DNA from: Fistulifera solaris
Lineage: Eukaryota
Assembly (NCBI GenBank): GCA_030295235.1
Contig: AP026179.1
Location: 62,001 to 126,000 of the forward strand
Direction of reading: 5' to 3'
DNA: 64,000 bases
In this document: positions 38,696 to 51,067 of the stretch, in pieces
Position numbering within the stretch: position 1 is the first letter of the stretch
Layout: each line of letters starts with the position of its first letter
The notes under the pieces: model-generated
Seen by the model: the letters and a program-made list of their open reading frames with translations, nothing else
What the model was told of the DNA's origin: nothing
Database searches by the model: none
Position numbers and translations under genes: made by a program

Positions 38696-39855
38696 CTAAT
38701 CACACGGTAGAATTTCACAAATGTTGAAAGGGCAAGTACGACAAAAGAAGGATGAAGAGGTTGGGGCCGAAGTCGATACGATCGTCACTTCGGCTGTTGG
38801 AGGCATCGTTGATGCAAACGTCGGATGTGTGGTTGGTGGAGACGTCAGCTCGGCAGTCGGTTCCAGCGTTGGTTCTGCCGTTGGCGCTGGAGTCGGTTCT
38901 TCGGTTTCTTCGACTTCTTCTGAGGTCGGCAATAAGGTGGGAGAGATGGTAGGAACAAGGGTGGAGCGCGATTCTGTATCCACGGATGGCGTGATAGATA
39001 CAGCGATCGCGGGAGCGCTCGAGGGACGGATGGGGGTCGGAGAAATCGTCGGAGCAAAATTTTTGAGACACAGGCCACACGTGACAGGACACCAGCGGTG
39101 ACCTTCTTCTACCGACAGACACATTCGAGCTCGTTGATCCAAATTGCTTCGCAAGAACATGCAGCCCTGTTCACCGTATTGGTCATTGATTTTGAATTTT
39201 TTGTACGGATGATCGACACAATCTCCGTCTCTCCAATTGAAGGAGCCAGTTGGAGGTGCAGTCGGAGACTTTCCCGGAGCGCCTGTATTGAGCTGCTCCG
39301 TATCTGGAATTGATGGATCGATATCAATATCTGTATCCGCATCGGCATCAACTTGAATTTGAGACGGTGATTCATTCCTTTTTGCACCAAGAAGCTGCCC
39401 AACGCCACCGCTATCGAACCCACAAAGATAGTACACAGAACAACCATGATAATTTTCAGTCGTCGTGGCGTCAGAATCGGATCCTTATTCAAATCCTTCA
39501 TGTCTGCATCACTGGAGAAGAGGGTATTTGGGCGAAACGTAGACGCATCATCATGATTTCCATCACTTTCTTCGTCATCGACACCATACACTTCGTCGTA
39601 CGTTTCGGGCGTGCTAGTAGTCTTATCTTTCACTTCATCAGCGGAAATAGTCTCGTCTGCTACGGAGATGGCATCGTTTTGCGTGTTGAGCGGCAACACC
39701 CCAAACTCTCTCATCACACGCCCCTGTTCGGCCTGTACGGCCCTTCGAAAGGCTTCATCATCGTCTTCGGGCTCTAACGTGTTGTGAACCACGGAAGAGT
39801 CTCCTGACTCGGTGTAAATGCCCGAGAGGACAGATTCATCGTCGTGAGGATACAT
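38696..39855 (-). CDS. Type II membrane ShKT-like/mucin-stalk protein, paralogue 2
   Basis: ORFs 39109-39855 and 38696-39436 join by restoring one A near 39380. Ends FFCRTCPFNICEILPCD. Confidence 0.8.
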
Positions 39856-40498
39856 CTTTTACGATTTGTTGCAAGAAAAAGAATATCCTCGGAAGGATGA
39901 GCCGATCTTATCTCATTACACCGCGTACTACGTTTTGTGAAAAGGGATTGCAGGTGAACTTCGAATTTTGCACAAAGCAATTGGACGAATTCGTGGCAGG
40001 TCACGCCTCTCGCTATGCAAAATCCCTGAACGGGTTACTTGTTTCCGTTGCGCTCTGCCATTTAGTACTAAGTGATATCGAACAATTCCAGCACGCATGA
40101 AAAGAGCACGCGACAATAAGTAGATGTATGACTCCAAGATGTGCTAAAAGAATGATAGAGGGAAAGAAACTGGAAACAGCCCGCCATCATCCATCATTTC
40201 ATTCATTCCGTTCTCCGTTCACTCCGCCTATTTTGGGTGCGCGCACAGCTACGAGACCCGAGTTAGTCGTCGAGGGTTCACGAGGAGTCATTAATGGGTT
40301 GTGTTTGCGACCTGTCTTTTCTTTCTGAAGTAATTTTTTCTGACTAAAATAAGAACTAGTGTAAATTATATTATTTAATTTATGTGACCGCAATGAAACA
40401 GCCCTTTGTATTAAGTTCTAATCTTCCGCACGTAAACAGTTCATAATATTGTCTGAGATGCTGTTGCTCAATATAGTTGTGCTTCATTTTGTTCCTTC

Positions 40499-41823
40499 TT
40501 AGCAGGGAATCAATTCACAAATCAACAGTGGACACGTTCGGCAAAGAAAGGATGCTGGACGCGATGGCGCCGGTGTCGGTTCGGGTGTGAACACCAGCTC
40601 GGTTGGTTGCGGTGTCACCACCACAAACGAAATCGTTGGATAGGGCGTAGGATCTTCCGTACGTGGTGGTCGCGTGGGATCAGGAATTTGTACGGGCGGT
40701 GGTGTTGGTTCTGGCGTCGGTTCGGGAGTGTCCTCGGCCGTCGGCTCGGGCGTGCGTCGCTGTACGGGGCTCCGTGTGGGTCGTGGCGTCGGTTTCGGTG
40801 TCGGCTTTCGTGTCGGTTTCGGGGTCGATCGAGGCACCGGTGGCTTTGTTGGAGCAGTAACAGGAGCAGGGGTTGGATTACGTGTCGGTGTGAGTGTGGG
40901 GCGAGGTGTGCTTGGAATTGCTTCCGCAGTAGTTGCTGCCATCGAAGGAGCCAGCGAGGGCAGCCACACAGGCACCGAAGATGGACGCACCGAAGGCTCT
41001 AGCGACGACTCCTCGTCAATAGGACACAAACCACAAGTCGCTGGGCACCATCGATATCCGGCATTCTCGGGCAAACACAAGCGCTCACGGTGTACGGGAT
41101 GATTTTGCAAAAGAAACAATTTTGTTCCCTGAAGCGGTCGTTGATTTGAAATTGTTGTGAAGGATGATCCTGACAATTTTCGGGTGTCCACTGGTACGAC
41201 TCTGTAGGCGAAGGTGTCGGAGAAAGGGTGGCAAAAGCGTCAAGATCCTGGACATTGTTGGGCACAAGAGATGAGTCATCATCTCGCTGTTGTGCCAAAA
41301 AGCTTCCCATCGCCACGGAGATGGAAGCCACCACAATCGTACACAGAAGTGCTACGACTATTTTCAGTCTTCGTGGTGTAAGAATAGGATCGGTCGGCGC
41401 ATGTTGTTTCGAAGGAGAAGCAGGAAAGAGTGTGTTGGGTGGAAGAATCGTGGACCCTTCATCGTCGATGACAAAACTGCTCTCATCGTAAGTTTCCGGC
41501 GTGCGATTCTTTTGTATTTGAATCGATTCGTGTACACTTGGTTGTTGTGGTAGCATGTAGGATTCGTTATCATAAATCGTACTAACGTCGGCGAAACTTT
41601 CATCGGCTAAAGAAATAGCATCTTGATGATGCGGAGGCGTGACACCGAATTCGCGCTGGACACGAATCTGCTCTGCTTCTAAGGCACGACGAAACTCTTC
41701 ATCATCGTCATCGACAGCAGCAGCAGCAGGAGGAGGAGGAGGATAATCACCTGATTCCGTATAAATGCCCGATAAAATCGATACGTCATCGAGTTCTTGA
41801 TAACGACGTAACGTTGTATCCAT
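40499..41823 (-). CDS. Type II membrane ShKT-like/mucin-stalk protein, paralogue 3
   Basis: ORFs 40999-41823 and 40499-41191 join by restoring one T near 41110. Ends FLCRTCPLLICELIPC. Confidence 0.8.
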
Positions 41824-42279
41824 GATTGTAAGAATATAGCCAAACAGACCCGCGAAAGAATCAAGATGTCTTTCTTGAAATAGGCAATGAATAAAGCTTC
41901 TCTTGGTTTGAAGAACAGTGAATAGTACTCCCTGTTACAAGTATGAGGAGGAAGATGCAGAATGATGAATTCGTGTGGACGACGAAAAGGGGAGGTTTTC
42001 GAATCCGGGGACCTGGGACTGCGAGATGCGTGGTGGCTTCCGGATCATGAGGTTCCGGATGAGATTTGGGGAACCCTCCGATCCGTTGACGATATATGTA
42101 AATAGAGTATTGAATATCTATGTACAATAAGACAAAACAAGATAAACCACAACGTTTTGGTTACTTAAAGGAAGAACGGAGGGTCAGCTCGAATTTTCGT
42201 CCAATGAGCTATGTAGCTGAAAGAGTACGCCCTCATTTTTTCGAACCCCCGATGACATCATCATCAAGGCTCAACTTCA

Positions 42280-43722
42280 TCAAGGCATTATTATTGTTTG
42301 TGCCGATTTCTTGGCCAAGGAACAAATTCCACACGTCTTTGGACAACTCTTGGCAGCAAACTCGCCCTTACATGCGGTAGCCTGGTAAGATTGATTGTTC
42401 GCCAACCAGGCACACGTCTCATAGCCAATCTCGTAATTGATGAAAATAGCGGCACCCGGATCGTCTTGACATACAGCATTGCAACGACCACACACACGAG
42501 GGCAATGTTTGTAACCATCCTTTCCGGCTGCACACAATTCCTGTTGCAATGCGGCTTTCATCGATAACCATTTGCAACTTTGGTAGCCATAAGCGTCGTT
42601 TATGAAAAAGAAGGCCGATTTGTCGTCGACACAATACGCCCGTAAAGGGCTCACATCACCACCACAGACTCCACACGACAAGGCACATTCGTCAGCAATT
42701 CCGAATTCTTCATCAAAACACAGAAAATCATGTAAATACGGAAAATTGAGCAGAATGTCACAATCACCCGTGTCTTGACACTCCGTGGGCGGTTGTGTTG
42801 GAACTCGATGATACGGTATCGGTGCAATCAAAACGGGTTGAAAGTCTGTCGGAGCACGCGTGCGAGGCCGGGTGATCGTGGGTAAATCCACCGGAATGGG
42901 CTCGAGCCCCACCGAAGGAGCACGTGTCGTCGTAGGATTCATAGTAGGAGATTGCGTTTCTTCCGGGATTCTTCGCATGGTAGGTGATGCTGTCGAGAGA
43001 ATGGGCGCAGATGTTGTGGCGAGTGGTGATGCAGAGGGAGCTTGAGTGCGAACGGGGACCGGAGCGGGGATTGAAACGGGAATAGCAGTAGGTGTGGTAG
43101 GTCCATCTGGTAGACCAATAGATATAGGCATAAGAGGAGCGGTTGGAGCTCGAGTAGTCGTAGGATTCATGGTAGGAGATTTTGTTTCTTCTGGGAGATT
43201 TCTTGCCGTTGGTGATACTGTAGAGAGGATGGGTGATGATGTTGGAGAAATAGTAGGCACGGACTCGATTCTCGTAGGCGGTCTTGTGGAACCCACGGGC
43301 GATGAAACGGGAGAAGGGGAAATAGGAGAAGGTAAGCTGCTGGGAATCATCGTGGCGCTGGAAGGCGCGGACGAGACGTCGATTTCCGACGGTGGCCCAA
43401 TATTACTACCACGAGGTGGATCGCTTCTGCCTTCAATTGTTAAATAACTGGCAAGAGCAATCACCGATGCCAGAACGACTATCAAAGCCAGTCCTATGAC
43501 AAGTATACGGAATGCTCGATGATGTCTCCCTCGGTTTGGGCGGTGGTGCATTCTATGCGTTTGTTGTTGTTTGGAGGGAGGCGGTGGAGGCAACGAGCCA
43601 TGCCCTCCACTGGTAAAACTGTCTCGTAGTTGTTGCCGTAATACTTCCACTTCGGAAGCTTCGACTGGATTATCATCATTTGGCTCAAATGAGTTGTCGT
43701 CTAACATTCTTTCTTCGGACAT
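42280..43722 (-). CDS. Type II membrane protein with a Pro/Thr stalk and three ShKT-like domains
   Basis: TM ILVIGLALIVVLASVIALASYL, duplicated stalk, and three six-Cys modules ending CALSCGVC, CPRVCGRC and CPKTCGIC. Confidence 0.85.
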   Translation of the reverse strand: MSEERMLDDNSFEPNDDNPVEASEVEVLRQQLRDSFTSGGHGSLPPPPPSKQQQTHRMHHRPNRGRHHRAFRILVIGLALIVVLASVIALASYLTIEGRSDPPRGSNIGPPSEIDVSSAPSSATMIPSSLPSPISPSPVSSPVGSTRPPTRIESVPTISPTSSPILSTVSPTARNLPEETKSPTMNPTTTRAPTAPLMPISIGLPDGPTTPTAIPVSIPAPVPVRTQAPSASPLATTSAPILSTASPTMRRIPEETQSPTMNPTTTRAPSVGLEPIPVDLPTITRPRTRAPTDFQPVLIAPIPYHRVPTQPPTECQDTGDCDILLNFPYLHDFLCFDEEFGIADECALSCGVCGGDVSPLRAYCVDDKSAFFFINDAYGYQSCKWLSMKAALQQELCAAGKDGYKHCPRVCGRCNAVCQDDPGAAIFINYEIGYETCAWLANNQSYQATACKGEFAAKSCPKTCGICSLAKKSAQTIIMP

Positions 43723-44353
43723 GATCGCTACTAGATCTTCCCCCAACTTATTCAATCGCGTTGAGTCGTAATCAAGCGTTCTGTTTCGCGATTTGAGACG
43801 GCCCTTGCAGCTGAAGTAGTTCTCGCAAAAAAGCTTTCTGGAGAATAGGTGACGTGGGGCTCAAGTCTTCATGAATGCTAGCTCCGCATAATGTTTTGAC
43901 GCTTGTCAAGAGCGATTGGGTGATGTCGAAAGAAACTTTCGCTTCTGTTGGACGTTACTTTGCCAGTAACAAGGTCTCCCTCTCATGGATGATCAAAATA
44001 TCATATATGGTTTAAATAGAGAGTAAATGATTCCCGCTATGCGGAGTTGATTCTTTATTACGTAAGCGCAATGTTTCAAAGCTTGGTTTTCTTATAGAGG
44101 CTTTGCTGTTGTTACATTTCTCCATCCAATGGGCACGTTTCGGTTTTGGCGCGAAGGGGTGAAGCACGAGTATCCGTCACAGTTCAACGTAAAACTCTTC
44201 GACACAGGGGCAGTAAATAGTAGAGACAATCGAGTCGTGTGTCGTGCGTCGCGCTTCGCTCGCCACATCTGTCCGTACGGTACTCGTCCTCCACCGCGCC
44301 ATTTTGGTCACAAAAATCGCGCTTTCTCTTTGTTTCTTTCTTCTTTTTTTTTT

Positions 44354-45885
44354 TTAACACGGGAGCAATTCGCAGATATTCAATATACATACACGACAGA
44401 GAAACGGAGGAGGTTCTTCGCCACCACCATCATCATTATCGTCGTCGTCGTCGTCGTCGTCGCCATCATCAACTGGTGGAGGGGTAGCTTCCGTGGGAGA
44501 TGGGACGGGAGCGCTGGTCGCCACTGGTACGGGAACTGGTGGTGGGTTTACTACGGGAACAGGAGCTGCAACAGGTCTTGGCGTTGGTGGAGGCACCGGA
44601 CGTGGGGTAGGATCCGCTACCGGCTTTTCGACGACAGGCCGCCGCGTAGGGTCGGGAACTGGTCTCGGCGTTGGTCGAGGGACGGGCGCAACTGGTCTCG
44701 GTGTCGGTGCAGGCACGGGTCTTTCCACAACAGGGCGTCGGGTAGGGTCGGTAGCTGGCCTTGGCCTTGGCGTTGGCGGAGTGACGGGCGCAACGGGTTG
44801 TTGCGTTGGATTTGGCACGGGCCTCTCGACAACGGGGCGTCGGGTAGGGTCGGCGACCGGTCTTTCCATCACTGGTCGTCTCGTTGGATCAGCAACAGGT
44901 ATTTCCGCAACGGGTCGTCGAGTTGGGTCTGCGACAGGGCGTCGAGTGGGATCCGCCACCGGTCGTTCAAGGACAGGTTGTCGGGTTGGCAAAGCAGCAG
45001 GTGTCTCTTCAAGACGTTCCGAAGGAGCTGTGGATGGAACATCAGAAGGAGAATCCGATGAAGAAGTGACTTCCTCACACACACCGCAAGTCGCAGGGCA
45101 CCACCGGTAACCATCGTTCTCGGGCAAGCACATGCGATCACGATGAGTCAAATTGCTTTGTAAAAGATGCAGTTTTGTTCACCAACTTCCTCATTGATAT
45201 TGAAGATTTTATAGGGATGATCTGTGCAGTTACCATCCGTCCATTCAATCGATTTTGTCGGTGAAGCCGTTGGAGGAGATGTGATAATGGTGCCGAGATC
45301 GGGAAATTCTGCACCAGATTGCGATGGCATCTCATCCTCTTGCGCCAGAAAGCTTCCCACGGCAACAGCGACGGCAGTCACCAAAATGATAGACAAAATC
45401 AAAATTACAATACCCAGTCGTCCCGGAGTCAGCCTTTCTCGGTAAGTTCCTGCCGGTGCTTTCGCGTCTTCTTCTTCTTCAGGAGAACCGAAGAGGGCGT
45501 TTGGCCGGAAACTATTCGACTCGTCGTCATTCTCACCGTATACGTTCTCGTAAGTTTCGGGTGTGCTGCTGGTCTTATGATTGGAGGCAGATTTGTCGAG
45601 CTGCTGCTGGATGCCATTGTAAGATTCGGCAAAGATACTATCACCACCCAAGCTTTCATCCGCAATCGAAATAACATCATCTTGCTTCAACTCGATATTT
45701 GCCGGTACAATAATACCAAATTCTCTCATAACTCTCGCTCGTTCCGCTTGAAGCTCTCGACGGAACTCTTCTTCGTCCTCGTCGACGCCCTGGAACACGG
45801 CAGGGGTGGTATCATTCTGCAGATTGTTGCCGGAGTCCGTGTAAACAGCGGATATGAGTGAATCTTCATCCTTCTTACGCTCCAT
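44354..45885 (-). CDS. Type II membrane ShKT-like/mucin-stalk protein, paralogue 5
   Basis: ORFs 45148-45894 and 44354-45151 join by restoring one T near 45163. PVADPTRRP repeats; ends FLCRVCILNICELLPC. Confidence 0.8.
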
Positions 45886-46883
45886 ATTTACCAAAACAAC
45901 ATTAATAACAATAATGAAATCAGTTTTTGTTACACCTCCCTTTTTTCAGCAAGGGCTGAGACTAAGAATTCTTTTGTTGGAAGAGAACAGTTCAATGGCT
46001 TGATTTTCGCTAAGATAGAAAGAACATCGCTGTTCGCCTTGTTTGTGGGTCTCATGGCGTAATAAAGCGCGACAAAAATGAGGAGAGAAGTCCGCCCTCC
46101 CTACTCTCACATCGTATTTCCAGTGATACAGTGGGCAAAAGGTGCTTCCAACGGAAACTAAAACAAGTCATGTTCCAACAGTTAAAACCTAACTAAACAA
46201 CCAACGGAGAAATGCAATTATTGGACTATTAGATAGGGGCAATGGTCTAATCCTAATCCTACTGGTACATAGCTCAATGCTTCTATTTATTGGTCACCTC
46301 TGTCCTATGTGACACGTGACAATTCTCTCTTTATGCCTCAGTTCTCCAGTTTCATGTAGCTGAAAGTGTTGCCAAAGAACGTTCACGAGATTTCATACAG
46401 TCAGTTGAGATTGGGCTCGACAGAACTGATACTACGTAATTCGCAATTCCGATTTATGTTGCACACTACCAGGTATTGTGTGCCATACTTTGTAGACATT
46501 CGCCTTTTGCTTATTGGGGTCTTCGTCCGGTACTCAGAACTAGAATGAACGTTGATCCACTCTTATGAATTCAATATCTATACGACATACGACTCCTAAA
46601 ATTAGGTATCCTGAACATCCTGATTCAGGTACCGGCCAAACGAGGAACGGAAAAGAATTTTTCTTTGCGCTGCTTCGCTGCTGTTGCAGTTTGTTCCAAA
46701 AGAGCTGTCAAGAACTCTTTCTCAGGTTCCGGTTGAGCAAATGCCAGAGCATCTTTCCCAACTTTTCCGGCGGAGTATTAAAACAATTCCTTCATTTGAA
46801 TCTTTTGACTATCTACTGGGCTGTTCCTTTGAATCAGCAACTCGAAACTGACAGCAGCATTGCTCTGAAAACGTGTAACCACA

Positions 46884-49235
46884 ATGGAGCAAAGATGGCG
46901 AAACGCGCGTTCTATAGCCATTTTATTTTGTTTCTGGTTAATGGTTGCTTCAAATGATGCCAGTTTGGGTAAACGAATAGCGCATTTGGTTCCTTCGCGA
47001 GGAGGTGCGTTATCGAATACAACAGAGCAGCAGGATGAAACAGAATCAATGTGTCAAGAGGAAAACATCATGTTTCCGTTAACAAATCATAGCCATAGAA
47101 AGTCACTGGATGTAACGACGAGCGATACAACAAACTTAAAACAATCTACTGAAGATGAAAGCAACGAAATGGTTTGTACGGATAGTCCGCTCACGAGCGC
47201 GCGGACCCTGGAACGAAAAAGGTTACAATTTTTTGATCGCATGGCATGGGTTTCCGAGATGTGGATGAGAAAAGAACACGATGCATCCCTGCATTCTTCC
47301 AATACAAATGTCACTGCGATTACACCGGAATCCGATCTGCGTTTACCGGACCGTCATTTCCATATCGTTACCACCGCCGCATTGCCTTGGTTTACCGGTA
47401 CGGCTGTCAACCCGACTTTGCGAGCCGCCTATCTACATCGAAAGGCGCAAGAAATCAACAATAGTACAGATCAGTGGGTCACTTTGGTTGTACCATGGCT
47501 CGAATTACCGCAAGACCAGAAGCAGTTGTATGGTGAAATATTTTCTACGCAGCAGGAACAAGAAGAGTTTATTCGTTCTTGGCTCAGTGACAAAGCAGGC
47601 ATGCCGGATGTAGCTGATCCAGAGACAGGTTTACGGATTCTATTCTATCCAGCTCGTTATCACAGTGGCTTATGCTCTATTTTTGCGATGGGGGACCTAC
47701 TTCACATGATTGAAGAGAAAGGTGGCCCTATGGATGTTTGCATTCTGGAAGAACCCGAACATGTTAACTGGTTTCGTGCTCCAGGAGACGGATGGACGAT
47801 GAAATACAAGTTCGTCGTCGGAATAGTTCATACCAGTAAGTCTTGGTAGCCATTCGACCCGATACATGTTTCATGGGAATATTTCTCACCACCGTTTCTG
47901 ACTATATTGTCACGTCGAGCAGATTATAAAGAATACGCGAGCTCTCATTATTCAGGGCTGTGGACAGCTCCTGCGATATCGATGGTTTCGTCGGCTATGA
48001 TCCGGGCATACTGTCATAAAGTTATCAAATTGTCACCCGTGCTACAGAGTTATGCCCCAGAGAAAGAAGTTGTTTCAAATGTCCACGGCGTCCGATCAGA
48101 ATTTATCGATGAAGGTCTCCGACGAGCATCCACGTACCATCCAAGAGAAACTGAGAGTAGTTACTCGCCCACACAGAAAACAGATGCATACTTTGTGGGA
48201 AAGCTTCTTTGGGCCAAGGGTTTGGACATCATGCTAGACCTGCAGGATTATTACAAACAGCGCACAGGGAAATATTTTTCTATCGATATTTATGGCAGTG
48301 GCCCCGAACAGGAAGCGATACGTCGCGCTTTTCATGGTCGCCCACGTCGAGCCGAGGAAGGAGAATCCAATAGCTCTAATGCCAGTCGTAAGCGCCCAAG
48401 GAGTATTCTACAAACTACTTTGGCACTTTTCGGCGGTAATAGTCCGAGTCAGATGAAGGAAGATGAGACGAAGGCTGGGGCAGATACGACGCCGACATCT
48501 CTATTCCCTATGGAAATCGACTTTTCATCTTTTGAAACTTTTAGCGAAAAAGCGAAAGAGCACTTTGCGAAGCTGAGGCAAGAGTTACCTCAAACATTTG
48601 CAGAACTGCGAAGACAGGCTGTACCAGCTGAATTTCGAGGTCGAGTTGATCATGCTGAATTGAAAGATTACAAAGTTTTTGTAAATCCTTCCGTCTCCGA
48701 GGTTCTTTGCACTACCACTGCTGAAGCTCTGGCCATGGGAAAATTTGTCATCATTCCAGTTCATCCATCCAATCAGTTCTTTTTGAAATTTCCAAATTGC
48801 TTGGCATACCGAGACAAGTTTGAATTTGTGGCCAATCTACGATGGGCTCTCAATCACGAGCCAGAACCCCTCACACCTGAGTTGGCACAGCAATTTACAT
48901 GGGAAGCCGCGACCGAGCGTTTTATGGATGCTGCTGCTATTACCGAAGGCGAAGCTCGCGAGCGAGAGCGATCGGGACGGTCGAAAATGGACGAGCGCAT
49001 TGCATGGTTCCACAATGAACTGGGTAAAGGTGCAACAGGAGATATGCTACGCAAGATTTGTGGAGCGGGCCCCGTCAGTCATCAAGCTAAATACTTGCAG
49101 AAGCAATTGATGGAAGGGGAGAGTGACGAGGGAGAAGAAGATGAAGATGATGGGTTGAGTGCAAAGTTCCGCCGATCATCTTTCGCCGAGGCGCTTCGAG
49201 CCACTGTGGGAGACTTGTCTTTGTTTATGCAATGA
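46884..49235 (+). CDS. Digalactosyldiacylglycerol synthase, copy 2 (with signal peptide)
   Basis: Same DGD motifs as copy 1. Intron 47836-47922 sits at the identical HT-N/YKEY position. N-terminal hydrophobic SIAILFCFWLMVAS followed by RGG. Confidence 0.93.
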
Positions 49236-49434
49236 AAGGATTGCTGGATTCATGTATCAGTATGTTTTAACAATCTATGTTGCTATCGCTACGAATTAGA
49301 AAACAACCGGCATATTACGCTAAAGCGATACTAATCACTATCTAAATTTCAATGTCCGAATATGGCGCTCGCTTGGCACACTGGGTCAATGCAAAGAAAC
49401 ATAAATTCGTGATCATTGTTAGTGTCATACTTTT

Positions 49435-50372
49435 CTATCGGCGTCGTCTTCGTCGCATCGATTCCGGCCGAATCAGCATCGAGTCGATCAGCCAGCACGA
49501 ATCATCTTCTTTGCCGGTTGTTGACAAAATAAAGTTGACCGAGACAGTATCCAGAGGACCGGGACCCGTTTTCAAACGCGCCGTGAAGAAAGCTTTCTTC
49601 CCATCGAAACTGTAATCCCCCCTTGTCAATGGAAACACCTTGGTGCTGAAAGAGAACTTTGTATTCGGTTTCTTTCAAGAATTCGGCATACTCGGCCGGT
49701 GTCAATCCTTCTTCATTTTTGATTTGTGATCCCGATGAACTATATCCGAAAAGGATCTCGACACCTTTGTTCGTAGTCGGATTGTCATTGTTGAGCAGCG
49801 ATTCGAGGACTTGCAGCACAACTTCACCGGCCGTTAATTCCGAGTCGGGGACCGTGAGAGGTGGCTGATAGACTTTGGGAGCCTCCTCTTCCTCCTCCTC
49901 CTCCCTCGTCGTCATCATCATCATCTTCTCGAGCTCCCTTGACAAAATCCACAAATCCACCGGCGGTATCAAGTACGCGTTCTTTGACTTCTGAGTACAA
50001 CTGATCATTTGTCAAACTGACATTCCCCGCCAATCGATCTCCAACGTCTCCTGTATCATAACCGAGAAATGCATTAATCGCTCCTTGCGGAATGTTGGGT
50101 TCGGGTTCATCATCCTCTTCTTCTTCATCGTCATCATCCTCGTCCTCCTCATCTTCCAAGAGATCGTTCGCATTCAAATCAATGCCTTTTTGTTGGGCCA
50201 AACGGAAAAACTCGGCGGCCAAATTGGCTCCATCTCCTTGATCCGGACTGTCTTCATTACTGCTGTAAGCGTTCAATCTTTGACATGTTGTTTTGTGTAT
50301 AGTCATTAACGACGTAAAGGCGACGGATATCGTGAGAATAAGCAGGAAACAAATCAATCGAAGTGATGTCAT
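49435..50372 (-). CDS. Probable plastid-targeted conserved hypothetical protein
   Basis: Signal peptide with SVA-FTS cleavage (ASAFAP-like). EVVLQVLESLLNNDNP...GVEILFGYSS...WLIDSM domain. Two frameshifts near 49905 and 49620. Confidence 0.65.
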
Positions 50373-50653
50373 CTTGGATGATTCGGGGCGCAAAGCGAAT
50401 GGTGTGTTATTTGTCTGGAGTGTGCTCTTTCACTTATTGAGATTTGTGAAGATAACTTGCAGCGACATATATAAGTTGCTGAAGTTCTTTTATTACAAAT
50501 GGCAAATACCAGTTCTTGTTCTCCAGTAGGATGATGAATTGTAACGCTTCTTGCTGGTCACTTGTCAGTGGCCAAAAACGAGACGCCATCATCGCGAGAC
50601 CCCTTTGCAGTTCGCGATCTTTTCACGACCTTTTCTTTGCGTCAGCGAAAAGT

Positions 50654-50867
50654 AGTGAAGATGAATGGGCAATCTCGTTCAAGTATACGTGACTGACTGA
50701 TACACGAGTTAGTAGAAAAGTGCGACGTCATCGGAATGACTTGTTGCGATGCAACACCAATCGTAGATAATCTTTAATGTGTTAGGATTGACTTTGTTAT
50801 TCGAAGTTGTATCGTTGTTTGCGGATATTGTTGTGATATTCGCTTGAGAATCTCGTTTATTATCGCT
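50654..50867 (+). repeat. 5' LTR (AGTGA...TCGCT)
   Basis: Identical to 57234-57447 by direct comparison. Confidence 0.97.
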
Positions 50868-50880
50868 GGTTATGAGCCCA
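50868..50880 (+). other. Primer-binding site GGTTATGAGCCCA (tRNA-iMet half-molecule type)
   Basis: Directly after the 5' LTR. Resembles the Drosophila copia PBS GGTTATGGGCCCA, which pairs with the initiator-tRNA anticodon arm. Confidence 0.8.
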
Positions 50881-51067
50881 GATTCACGGCGCGATTGCTG
50901 GATCTGTTTTGATAGACGAGATATTGAATGCCAACACGGCGAACAAGAAGTGCTGACCCACCACGAGCTCGGCAACAAGAGGAAATACCTGCTTTGAGAG
51001 AAGAAGTGGGTGAAGAGGAAAAGGAAGAAGTCTTTGAAGAGCGAATTGTCGCTCTTTTGAAGACGTA

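Noticed and set aside
38696..45885. Programmed frameshifting or phase variation as a feature of the receptor array
   Set aside because: The shifts occur in short homopolymers, not all at the same position, and identical lesions affect unrelated housekeeping genes. Assembly error is more parsimonious.
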